A stretch of 32,000 nucleotides of DNA from Paracoccus suum (GTDB lineage: Bacteria > Pseudomonadota > Alphaproteobacteria > Rhodobacterales > Rhodobacteraceae): assembly GCF_003324675.1 (NCBI RefSeq), contig NZ_CP030918.1, forward strand, positions 2,610,001 through 2,642,000, given 5' to 3'. Shown here in pieces: positions 9,323 through 17,173 of this stretch. Within the stretch, counting starts at the first letter, position 1; each line of letters begins with the position of its first letter. The notes under the pieces are model-generated. The model worked only from the letters and a program-made list of their open reading frames with translations, was not told the DNA's origin and ran no database searches. A program made the translations under genes and the position numbers.

Positions 9323-10225
9323 TCAGGGCTTGGCGGGTTCGGCTGCCGGCGCCGGCGAGGTCGCCTTGACCGCATCCCAGGCCGCCGAAAAGCCCTTCAG
9401 CGACAGGGTCAGGTCGACCTTCGACTCGGCCGGTGCACCAAACGGCAGTAGCGACACGGTGACCTTGCTGCCCTTGCGCAGCGCGTCGATATCGCCCTGG
9501 CTCATGGCAACGCGGCTGAAGCAACCAATCTGCGTGCAGAAGCTGAAGGGATAGGCCTTTTGCTGGCCGGCATCGACACGGAAGCCGAGACCCGGCAGCA
9601 GGTCCGTCTCCAGCGGCGCGACCAGCGTCGCGCCGGCAGCAGCCTTGCCAGACAGCGGAACCAGCGAAACCTCGGCGACAGGGTTGTTCTCGGCATCGTG
9701 CATCAACTGGTAGAGCTCGCACGGGTCCTTGCCGTCGGCCGTCTTCTGGCAGCGCACCTGCCAATCCCCTTGGCTCTGGCCAAGGTAGAAGCCGCCGACC
9801 TGCACATCGGCCGCGGACTTGGCCGGGTTCGCTGGGGTCGCGCCGACGGGCGCCGCAACGCCGGGCGCGGGCGCGGCGCCCGGGGCAGCGGGACTTGCCG
9901 GCGTGGCAGCGGCACCATCGGCGGGCGCAGCCGGGGTGTCAGTCGCGGGGGTGTCGGCCGCCGGGGTGTCGGCCGCTGGCTTGTCCGTCGCAGCCGCGTC
10001 GGCCGCCGGGGTATCCGTCGCGGGCGTGTCGGTCGAAGGCGCGTCGGTCGAAGGCGCTGCGGTGTCAGCGCCGGCGGCCGGGGTCGTCGCGTCGGGCGCG
10101 GGCGTCGTTGCCGCGGCATCGGCGGCAGGCGTGTCCGGCGTCGCCGTCTGGGCCAAAAGCGCCGCGGGCGTCGCGCCAGCCATCAGCGCGGCCATCAGCG
10201 CAACTTTGGTCGTGAAAGCCATCAT
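9323..10225 (-). CDS. Invasion-associated locus B (IalB) family secreted protein with an Ala/Pro/Thr/Asp-rich repeat linker
   Basis: 300 aa. Signal peptide MMAFTTKVALMAALMAGATPAALLA, then about 110 aa of TPAAD/TPATD/APSTD repeats, then a C-terminal domain (GDWQVRCQK...CELYQL...FSFCTQIGCFSRV) that I recognise as IalB-like. AAAGGA Shine-Dalgarno. Confidence 0.75.
   Translation of the reverse strand: MMAFTTKVALMAALMAGATPAALLAQTATPDTPAADAAATTPAPDATTPAAGADTAAPSTDAPSTDTPATDTPAADAAATDKPAADTPAADTPATDTPAAPADGAAATPASPAAPGAAPAPGVAAPVGATPANPAKSAADVQVGGFYLGQSQGDWQVRCQKTADGKDPCELYQLMHDAENNPVAEVSLVPLSGKAAAGATLVAPLETDLLPGLGFRVDAGQQKAYPFSFCTQIGCFSRVAMSQGDIDALRKGSKVTVSLLPFGAPAESKVDLTLSLKGFSAAWDAVKATSPAPAAEPAKP
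9957..10057. repeat. In-frame 15-nt tandem repeats inside the ialB-like gene
   Basis: GGGGTGTCGGCCGCC/GGGGTGTCGGCCGCT at 9957..9986 (1 mismatch) and the perfect duplication GTCGGTCGAAGGCGC x2 at 10028..10057. These encode the 5-aa units (PAADT / APSTD) of the linker. Confidence 0.8.
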
Positions 10226-10384
10226 TTGTCCTTTCGTGGCAACGATGTTGGCCGCGATCTAGCACGCGCAGCGGGCGATGTCAGTGCCTCAAGCCGCACG
10301 ACCGACTCACCAAATCGTATAAGGATTTGCTGGAACCAACCGGACGGCGCCGGCGCGGCTTCGCCCCCGCCATGCAAAAGGCCC

Positions 10385-10416
10385 GCACTCCTCCGTGCGG
10401 GCCTTTCGTTCTCCCC
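10385..10416. terminator. Orphan terminator-like hairpin in a divergent intergenic region
   Basis: CAAAA-GGCCCGCAC-TCCTCC-GTGCGGGCC-TTTCGTT. A 9-bp stem (10390..10398 / 10405..10413), flanked by an A-run on one side and a T-run on the other, so it could terminate either strand. No annotated gene ends here. Confidence 0.45.
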
Positions 10417-10605
10417 CTGCCGGACTGGCCGGTCATCATTGGTGCGGACAGTAAGCGCCGCTCACACCCGCGTCAACAGTTTGGCCAGCGGGGCCTGCAC
10501 GGGGGATGCCCACCAATCGCGCGGACCGCCGTGCCTCCACAGTGGCGCCCCGGCGGCAAACGGTTATTCTGGTGCGGAAAATCAGCGCAGGCACAAGGGG
10601 CGGGC

Positions 10606-12183
10606 ATGGCAATCGTCGATCATGAGGCGGGAACGGTTTTTGTCGGCGGCGGCGGCCCCGATCACAAATCCCCGCAGCACCTGTTGCTGGGCTATGCCAA
10701 CCGCCACGGCCTGATCGCCGGCGCGACCGGCACCGGCAAGACGGTCAGCCTGCAGACCCTGGCTGAGTCCTTTTCGCTCGCAGGGGTCCCGGTGGTGCTT
10801 GCCGACGTCAAGGGCGACCTCGCCGGTCTCTCCCAGCCCGGCAGCCCCACCGCCCCGCAGCACGCGGCCTTTGAATCGCGCGCGGCCGAAATCGGCGTCA
10901 GCCTTGATTATCAGTCCTTTCCGGTCACGTTCTGGGACATTTTCGGCGATATCGGCCACCCGGTGCGCACCACACCGGCCGAGATGGGCCCTCTGCTGCT
11001 GTCGCGCCTGATGGGCCTGACCGAGGCGCAGGAGGGCGCGCTGAGCATCGCCTTTCGCGTCGCGGATGAGGAAGGGCTGGCGCTGCTCGACATGGCCGAC
11101 CTGCGCGCCATGCTGGTCTGGGTCGGAGAGAATCGTGCAGACCTGTCCCTGCGCTACGGCAATGTCGCGGCAGCCTCGGTCGGGGCGATCCAGCGCCGCC
11201 TGACGGTCCTTGAAAGCGAGGGCGGCGATCATCTGTTCGGCGAGCCTGCCCTGGCGCTGTCCGACCTGATCCGGGTCGACGCCTCGGGCAAGGGGGCGGT
11301 CAATATCCTCGCGGCCGAGCGCCTGATGCAGTCGCCGCGCCTTTACGCGACCTTCCTGTTGTGGCTGCTGTCCGAGCTGTTCGAGCAACTGCCCGAAGTG
11401 GGCGATCCGAAAAAGCCGGTGGTCGCCTTCTTCTTTGACGAGGCGCACCTGCTGTTTCAGGACGCGCCGCTTGCCCTGGTTGCCAAGATCGAGCAGGTCG
11501 CCCGACTGATCCGGTCCAAGGGTGTCTCGCTGTGGTTTGTCACGCAAAACCCGGCCGATCTGCCGGACACCGTGCTGGGCCAGATGGGCAACCGCGTCCA
11601 GCACGCGCTGCGCGCCTACACCGCCAAGGACCAGAAAGCGTTGCGCATGGCGGCGGAAAACTACCGGCCCAATCCGGATTTCGAGATTGCCGAGGCTATC
11701 CAGCAGGTCGGGGTTGGCGAGGCCGTGACCTCGCTGCTGGAGGCCAAGGGGGTGCCTGGCGTTTCGCAGCGCACGCTGATCCGTCCGCCTCTCAGCCGGC
11801 TGGGCCCGATCACCGAGGCCGAGCGGGCGGCGGTTATGGCGGCATCCCCGCTGGGGCTGAAATACAAAGCGCTGCTGGACCGCGAATCGGCGGCCGAACT
11901 GCTGTCGGCGCGGGCCACAGCGGCCGCTGATGCCGCCGCCGCAGCGGTGGCAGAGAAGGCACGAAAAGCCGAGACGGACGCACTGTTCGACATGCCCAAG
12001 ACCCGCGCCCGCAGCACGAACGCCAGCCTGACCATACCGCGGCAGGGCACGCCCACCGCATCTACGCGACGGGGCGATTCGATTGTCACCACATTTGGCA
12101 AGAGCGTCGCGCGCTCGGTCGGCACGCGCGCCGGATCCATGATCGTCAGAGGCGTTCTGGGCGGCCTGTTCCGCGGTCGCTGA
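10606..12183 (+). CDS. HerA-like / DUF853 (YjgR-type) P-loop NTPase
   Basis: ORF 10327..12183 trimmed to ATG 10606 (MAIVDHEAGTVFVGGGG...), preceded by AAGGGG. Walker A GATGTGKT, Walker B-like FFFDEAHLLF, and the family-typical VTQNPADLPDTVLGQMGNRVQHALRAYT. Confidence 0.85.
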   Translation: MAIVDHEAGTVFVGGGGPDHKSPQHLLLGYANRHGLIAGATGTGKTVSLQTLAESFSLAGVPVVLADVKGDLAGLSQPGSPTAPQHAAFESRAAEIGVSLDYQSFPVTFWDIFGDIGHPVRTTPAEMGPLLLSRLMGLTEAQEGALSIAFRVADEEGLALLDMADLRAMLVWVGENRADLSLRYGNVAAASVGAIQRRLTVLESEGGDHLFGEPALALSDLIRVDASGKGAVNILAAERLMQSPRLYATFLLWLLSELFEQLPEVGDPKKPVVAFFFDEAHLLFQDAPLALVAKIEQVARLIRSKGVSLWFVTQNPADLPDTVLGQMGNRVQHALRAYTAKDQKALRMAAENYRPNPDFEIAEAIQQVGVGEAVTSLLEAKGVPGVSQRTLIRPPLSRLGPITEAERAAVMAASPLGLKYKALLDRESAAELLSARATAAADAAAAAVAEKARKAETDALFDMPKTRARSTNASLTIPRQGTPTASTRRGDSIVTTFGKSVARSVGTRAGSMIVRGVLGGLFRGR

Positions 12184-12571
12184 ACGGTCCGCGAAACGGT
12201 AAGATCGCAGCGCCGGCGAGGGTCGAGGTCACCACCCTCGTCTCCGCCGGTCCCTCGCCCATCTCGGCCAGCAGGGCGATCAGCACGGTAATGTGCCGGT
12301 CAAGCATGTAGTGGCCTGACCGCTCGCGCCGCGCAGCATCCAGGCGCGCCTCCTCGATGCGGAGCCAGGCGAGCGCCTGCGCATGGCTGGGGGCGGCCGC
12401 AACACGCATCAGCCTTGGCAGGTCGCGCGCTCGGCGCCAACTGGCCTGCCCGGCCCGCGCCGCGCGGATCAGCATGCGCGGCCGTTGCGGTGCAGGGGCA
12501 TCGGGCACAATCTGTGTAAAGTCCACTAATTCTGAAGTTTTAAGGTCAAAGTTCGCGGGCAGGCAGGACAT
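12146..12571 (-). CDS. Small conserved hypothetical protein (DUF6477-like, from memory)
   Basis: 141 aa. The RPRMLIRAARAG...RRARDLPRLM...LRIEEARLDAARRE...HITVLIALLAEM pattern resembles what I remember of Rhodobacterales DUF6477 proteins. GGAG Shine-Dalgarno 7 nt before the ATG. The 3' end overlaps the convergent DUF853 gene by 38 nt. Confidence 0.55.
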   Translation of the reverse strand: MSCLPANFDLKTSELVDFTQIVPDAPAPQRPRMLIRAARAGQASWRRARDLPRLMRVAAAPSHAQALAWLRIEEARLDAARRERSGHYMLDRHITVLIALLAEMGEGPAETRVVTSTLAGAAILPFRGPFSDRGTGRPERL

Positions 12572-12784
12572 CCGAGGGCTCCGTCAAAGGGGTGGTGCGG
12601 AAGTTAAACTCAACCTTCACGGGCGTTGCGTCCTGGACGCCACGGGCGCGCGCTGCGCTACCAAATCTTTAGGTTTTATTAGTGAGTGTTGAGCCTTGTT
12701 AACCACGGACCCCGACCGACCGGGGCAAACAATCGGTGGGTTTGCCGGCTGCCTGCGCCCCGCCACGCTGAAGGGAAACTAGGG

Positions 12785-13957
12785 ATGACGCTACTGAGTG
12801 GTGACTTCGCGGCTGACCCAGCCCGCTGCGGGCTGAGCCTGCAGTCTGGTGAGGCAGGTGCGCGAGCCATCGAACCGGGCGAAGACGCGCGACTTTACCT
12901 GCGTCATGTCGAGGGGGGCGAGACGATCCGTGCCCTCGCGCGCGAGGCCGGTTGTCATGCCTCGACCATCCTGCGCCGCATCCGCCGCATCGAGGCGCGC
13001 CGCGACGATCCGCTGGTTGACGGGGCGCTCTCGCGCAAAGGCGCCGGTGCAGCCCCCTCGCCCGACGCTGCAGCCCGCACCGCCGAGGCGGACGAGTTGC
13101 GGCGCGTGCTGCGCCGCCTGGCTGAATCGGGCGCGCAGATGGCGGTCGCCTCAGGCATGGAAAAGGCGATCATCACCCGCGACGATATCCGCACCGCCAT
13201 TCTGGGCCGTCCGCTGGCCGAGCGCCTTGCCCTGAACGGTTGGGTGGTCCAGATCGGCGAGGGTCGCCTGGTCCTCTACCAGATTTCCTCGCTGGGCCGC
13301 GAGGCGCTGCGTCAGATGTTGACCGGGCAGCGCCCGGTACCGATGCCGCGTCCGTCCGACCTGGCCTCGGCGCGGCCGGTTGCCCGGCCAGCCGACCTGG
13401 GCGATCCTCACGGCATGGCGGAGTCGCAAAGCCCGTTTGACCACGTGGCATCCCACCCGCGCCTCGGCGACGCCTATATCACAGATCCAGAGGATGGCCG
13501 TACGCGCCGGGTCCGGGTGAATCTGTCCGAGAGCCCGCTGCTGGTGCTCGCCCGCCGCCGCGACCGCGACGGTCGCAGCTTTCTGACGCCCGAAATGGTC
13601 GCCGCCGGCGAGCGACTGCGCGAGGATTTCGAACTGGCCCAGATGGGGCCGCGTGTGGCGCAGAACTGGGACCGGTTCCTGACCTCGGGCATCGACGTCA
13701 GCCGCAATGCTGCTGCCGGCTTTGGCGGCGGCTCTGACAATGCGCGGGGGCGGGTCGCAGCGGCGCTGCGCGACCTCGGCCCCGGCATGGGCGACATGGT
13801 GCTGCGCGTCTGCTGTTTCCTCGAGGGGGTCGAGGCGACCGAGCAGCGCCTCGGCTGGTCGGCCCGGTCGGGCAAGATCGTCCTGCGGCTAGCGCTGATG
13901 CGCCTCGACCGGTACTACCGTGACACCTACGGTCCCGGATCGCCCATGATCGGCTGA
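12785..13957 (+). CDS. Helix-turn-helix regulator with DUF6456-like C-terminal domain (GafA-like architecture)
   Basis: ORF 12686..13957 trimmed to ATG 12785 (GAAGGGAAA Shine-Dalgarno). N-terminal HTH-like segment GETIRALAREAGCHASTILRRIRRIE. The C-terminal segment SPLLVLARRRDRDG...LTPEMVAAGERLREDFELAQ...EATEQRLGWSARSGKIVLRLALMRL looks like a second, sigma-region-4-like HTH. Confidence 0.7.
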   Translation: MTLLSGDFAADPARCGLSLQSGEAGARAIEPGEDARLYLRHVEGGETIRALAREAGCHASTILRRIRRIEARRDDPLVDGALSRKGAGAAPSPDAAARTAEADELRRVLRRLAESGAQMAVASGMEKAIITRDDIRTAILGRPLAERLALNGWVVQIGEGRLVLYQISSLGREALRQMLTGQRPVPMPRPSDLASARPVARPADLGDPHGMAESQSPFDHVASHPRLGDAYITDPEDGRTRRVRVNLSESPLLVLARRRDRDGRSFLTPEMVAAGERLREDFELAQMGPRVAQNWDRFLTSGIDVSRNAAAGFGGGSDNARGRVAAALRDLGPGMGDMVLRVCCFLEGVEATEQRLGWSARSGKIVLRLALMRLDRYYRDTYGPGSPMIG

Positions 13958-13960
13958 GAG

Positions 13961-13993
13961 GGCGGCGCGCCATCGCAGGCGCGCCGCGATTTG
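13961..13993. terminator. Hairpin terminator between the convergent regulator and peroxiredoxin genes
   Basis: GCGGCGCGCC-ATCGCA-GGCGCGCCGC. A 10-bp stem (13961..13970 / 13977..13986) followed by GATTTGCTT. Confidence 0.5.
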
Positions 13994-13995
13994 CT

Positions 13996-14562
13996 TCAGG
14001 CCAATTCCATCTGCGGCGCGGCGCGGCTGCCGGCCGGATTGGCCGCGACCCATTCCGCGATCCGCTCGGGCGAGGTCTCGCCATAGGGGTCGTCCGCGCA
14101 GTCATCGCAACGTCCGGGTTCTTCGAACCAGGCGATGATCTCGCCGTCGTCAACCACCGCGGCATAGCGCCAGCTGCGCGGGCCAAAGCCGAGGTTGTCC
14201 TTGCGCACCAGCATGCCCATGCCTTTGGTAAACTGCCCGGACCCGTCCGGGATGACCTTTACGGCCGACAGCCCCTGCGACTTGGCCCACTGGTTCATGA
14301 CAAAGCTGTCGTTCACCGACAGGCAGTAGATCGCATCGATCCCGCCGGCGGCCAGTTGCTCTGCCGCGGCCTCGAAACCGGGCAGCTGGTAGGTCGAGCA
14401 GGTGGGCGTAAAGGCGCCCGGCAGCGAGAACAGCACCACCCGCTTGCCCTTGAAATAATCGTCGGTGGTGAGAGTCTGCCAGCGATAGGGGTTCGGCCCG
14501 CCCACCGCCTCGTCGCGGACTCGGGTCTGGAAAGTCACCTGCGGCACGCGCTTGCCAATCAT
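13996..14562 (-). CDS. Peroxiredoxin (Prx5/type II, AhpC/TSA family)
   Basis: ORF 13996..14850 trimmed to ATG 14562 (MIGKRVPQVTFQTR...); a GTG two codons upstream is also possible. Active-site motif LPGAFTPTCS. The upstream 96 codons are Gly/Arg-rich and implausible. Confidence 0.9.
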   Translation of the reverse strand: MIGKRVPQVTFQTRVRDEAVGGPNPYRWQTLTTDDYFKGKRVVLFSLPGAFTPTCSTYQLPGFEAAAEQLAAGGIDAIYCLSVNDSFVMNQWAKSQGLSAVKVIPDGSGQFTKGMGMLVRKDNLGFGPRSWRYAAVVDDGEIIAWFEEPGRCDDCADDPYGETSPERIAEWVAANPAGSRAAPQMELA

Positions 14563-14700
14563 CGTCACGGTCAAATCCCTCTTTCGCTCGTCGTCTGCGT
14601 CATCCCGCGCCGCTGCAGTGCGGCATCGGTCGGGCAGGCTGATGCCCTGTCGGGGCGCGTTGATCAACCGTGACGGAAGGTCTATGTCGAATCCGACCCG

Positions 14701-15753
14701 ATGGAGGACCGAGCCGTGGATCTGATCGCGCGCGAAGGCACGCCGAATGCCGAACCCGATCCGCAGGCGCCCGCCGCCGCCGAGGGTGGCACCGGCCCTG
14801 CCCCGGCCGTCACCGACATCCCCGTGCTGCGTCATCCCGAAAAGGCCCACCGGCCCGACCAGACGCAGCCGAAAAAGCCGTCATGGATCCGCGTCAAGGC
14901 GCCGTCGGGCGCCGGCTACGCCCGCACACGCGAGATCATGCGCGAGAACCGCCTGACCACGGTCTGCGAGGAAGCCGGCTGCCCCAACGTCGGCGAATGC
15001 TGGTCGCAGGGCCACGCCACCATGATGATCATGGGCGAGATCTGCACCCGCGGCTGCAGCTTTTGCAACGTGCGCACGGGCCGCCCTGACACTCTGGATC
15101 TGTTCGAGCCGGGACGGGTCGCCCATGCCGTTCAAAAGCTGGGACTGAACCATGTGGTCGTGACCTCGGTCGACCGCGACGATCTGACCGACGGCGGCGC
15201 CGATCATTTCGCCCAGACGATCCGCGCGATCCGCCACCGCGCCCCTGGCACGACGATCGAGGTACTGACCCCCGACTTCCTCAAGTCCGATACCGGCAGC
15301 CTCGAAAAGGTGGTCGAGGCGCGGCCGGACGTTTTCAACCACAACCTCGAGACCGTGCCCGGCCTCTACCCCACGGTACGCCCCGGTGCGCGTTATTTCC
15401 ACTCGCTGCGGCTGCTGCAGCGGGTGAAAGAGCTGGACCCTGCAATGTTCACCAAGTCCGGGATCATGGTGGGCCTTGGCGAGGATCGGCAGGGCGTTTT
15501 GCAGGTCATGGACGACATGCGCGCGGCGGATGTCGATTTCCTGACCATCGGCCAGTACCTGCAGCCGACCCCCAAGCATCACCGCGTCGACCGCTTTGTC
15601 ACCCCCGAGGAGTTCGACGGCTATGGCCGCGCCGCCTATGGCAAGGGCTTCCTGATGGTCTCGGCAACGCCCCTGACCCGGTCCAGCTATCACGCCGGCG
15701 ATGATTTCGCCCAACTGCGGGCCGCTCGGCTGGCGAAGCTGGGCCAGGTCTGA
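14701..15753 (+). CDS. lipA: Lipoyl synthase
   Basis: [12 protein letters not shown] auxiliary cluster motif and radical-SAM CTRGCSFC motif, with [10 protein letters not shown] near the N-terminus. The exact start is uncertain (ATG 14701 or GTG 14716). Confidence 0.92.
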   Translation: MEDRAVDLIAREGTPNAEPDPQAPAAAEGGTGPAPAVTDIPVLRHPEKAHRPDQTQPKKPSWIRVKAPSGAGYARTREIMRENRLTTVCEEAGCPNVGECWSQGHATMMIMGEICTRGCSFCNVRTGRPDTLDLFEPGRVAHAVQKLGLNHVVVTSVDRDDLTDGGADHFAQTIRAIRHRAPGTTIEVLTPDFLKSDTGSLEKVVEARPDVFNHNLETVPGLYPTVRPGARYFHSLRLLQRVKELDPAMFTKSGIMVGLGEDRQGVLQVMDDMRAADVDFLTIGQYLQPTPKHHRVDRFVTPEEFDGYGRAAYGKGFLMVSATPLTRSSYHAGDDFAQLRAARLAKLGQV

Positions 15754-15900
15754 CGCCGCCGTGCCGCCCGTGGGCACCGCTCTGCGCTCAGCCCCGCCGG
15801 GGACCGCGGCCTGCGTTCTCGACGCGGATTCTTGAGATCGATTTGGTTGCGGTCACTGGTTCGGGGACGGACGTTCCGCCGCCGCGACTTCCCCTACAAA

Positions 15901-16869
15901 CTAGGAAGCCAATTCCTGCCCTGCGGCTTGGCTCCGCGCCGGGGCTGCCGGAGCTACCGTGTCGGACACGGTCGCCTGGACAACTTGAGCCCTGACTGCC
16001 GGCGTCCTGAGCCTTGCATAGGCCGCGCCGTCCGCGAGTTTCCGGGCCTTAGGGCGTTGGATATATGCCAGCATCTCGTAAAAGCTGCGGCGCAATTCGG
16101 CCTTCGATCGCTCGATCCCGTCCTGGTAACGGGCCACATCCCCTGCATCGGTGTGCAGATGCGACTCGATCTCTGACAGCAGCACGGGGCGCACCAAGGG
16201 CCGCCCGATGGAAGCCGCGTAATCGAGGAATTTCAGCTCGGGGTGGTCATGGTTGCCGGTCGGATCCAGCCAGATGCTGGGAATGCCGAGGCTGTCGGCC
16301 ACGATCAACCCGTGCAGCGAGGAGGACAATATCAGCCGGCAGGCGGCGATCTGCCGGACCACCGACAGTGCATCCTCGGTCCGCGGGTCAATGAGCGTTA
16401 TCTCAGGATTATCCATCTGCAGCTTCGCCAGCCGAGAATCGTCGGCAAGTCTGTGATGCGCCACAAGCCCGATGCGGTCTGTCCGCGCCGGACGCTCGGT
16501 CAGAAGGTCGGCCGCGAAAAGCCCAGGATCGCCCATCGCAATCTGTGGGCTGATGCCCAGCGTCGAGGCGGTGACCGGCCCGCGCACCGCGAACAGCTTG
16601 AGCCGGTCCAGCAGCTGGCGCCCGCCAGGATGCATGACCCCGGACCCCCAGACCGCCAGCGGCCCGACCGAGGGATCGCGGTCCTTCTGCTCAAAGCGCT
16701 TGCCGATCATTCCAATGAGCGAGCCGATGGCTGCCATATGCGCCCATGCCGCATGGCCAAATCTGACCTCGCGACCGCCACTGAGCAGGCGCACAACGTC
16801 GACCGATAAGGCGTCGCCGAAGTTCGGCATATTCCAGTAGAAAAGCTTGATGGGCGCGCGTCCGGTCAT
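15901..16869 (-). CDS. Polysaccharide pyruvyl transferase family protein
   Basis: ORF 15901..17064 trimmed to ATG 16869 (MTGRAPIKLFYWNMPNFGDALS...), preceded by GGGGAGAAAG. The N-terminal NFGD motif and the later SSSLHGLIVADSLGIP are typical of PF04230-type pyruvyl transferases as I remember them. Confidence 0.75.
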   Translation of the reverse strand: MTGRAPIKLFYWNMPNFGDALSVDVVRLLSGGREVRFGHAAWAHMAAIGSLIGMIGKRFEQKDRDPSVGPLAVWGSGVMHPGGRQLLDRLKLFAVRGPVTASTLGISPQIAMGDPGLFAADLLTERPARTDRIGLVAHHRLADDSRLAKLQMDNPEITLIDPRTEDALSVVRQIAACRLILSSSLHGLIVADSLGIPSIWLDPTGNHDHPELKFLDYAASIGRPLVRPVLLSEIESHLHTDAGDVARYQDGIERSKAELRRSFYEMLAYIQRPKARKLADGAAYARLRTPAVRAQVVQATVSDTVAPAAPARSQAAGQELAS

Positions 16870-17156
16870 CGCTTTCTCCCCGGGAGAGGTCAGACGGAAC
16901 TGATTGTGGGTAGCAACTAAACGTAGATCCGGAGGCTCGGCCGCAGCGAGAGTACGCGAACCAATCGCGATAGTGCCGACATAGAAACCCATGGAGTTGT
17001 CATACGCAGCCTCGAAGATTCGATCTCTCCGTGGCCGTTTAAGTTGGCTATGGCATCTCCACAAGACGCAACACGCCTTAAGGTTGCGGAGGCACCTTAA
17101 AATTCCGTTTGATAACAGACGACACCATTTGTGCGACCAAAATTATCATCAACCTG

Positions 17157-17173
17157 AGGCAGAATTTCTGCCT
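17157..17173 (-). terminator. Possible hemC terminator hairpin overlapping its stop codon
   Basis: AGGCAGA-ATT-TCTGCCT perfect 7-bp stem. On the minus strand it is followed by a moderately T-rich tract (GATGATAATTTTGG). Confidence 0.35.

Noticed and set aside
9823-10150. A periodic repeat array that could be mistaken for a CRISPR or other non-coding array.
   Set aside because: The unit is 15 nt with no spacers, is in frame, and translates to the Ala/Pro/Thr/Asp linker of the IalB-like protein. It is a coding tandem repeat.
10327-10605. N-terminal extensions offered by the ORF track. Examples: 10327 for the DUF853 gene, 6015 for oppF, 14850 for the peroxiredoxin, 17064 for the pyruvyl transferase, 18176 for hemC, 18149 for hemE, 26121 for nadK, 12686 for the regulator.
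   Set aside because: The extensions are Arg/Pro-rich and lack family similarity. In each case an internal ATG with a Shine-Dalgarno-like sequence coincides with the conserved N-terminus of the family.
10606-12183. Interpreting the HerA-like DUF853 NTPase as the ATPase of a defence system (as with Sir2-HerA and similar).
   Set aside because: No nuclease, Sir2 or other effector gene is adjacent. Composition is host-like, and the YjgR/DUF853 family is broadly conserved as a stand-alone gene.
12510-12720. A full CtrA box (TTAA-N7-TTAAC) upstream of the GafA-like gene.
   Set aside because: I found only half-sites (TTAA at 12604..12607; GTTAAC at 12698..12703). In each case the partner half at the required 7-nt spacing does not match.
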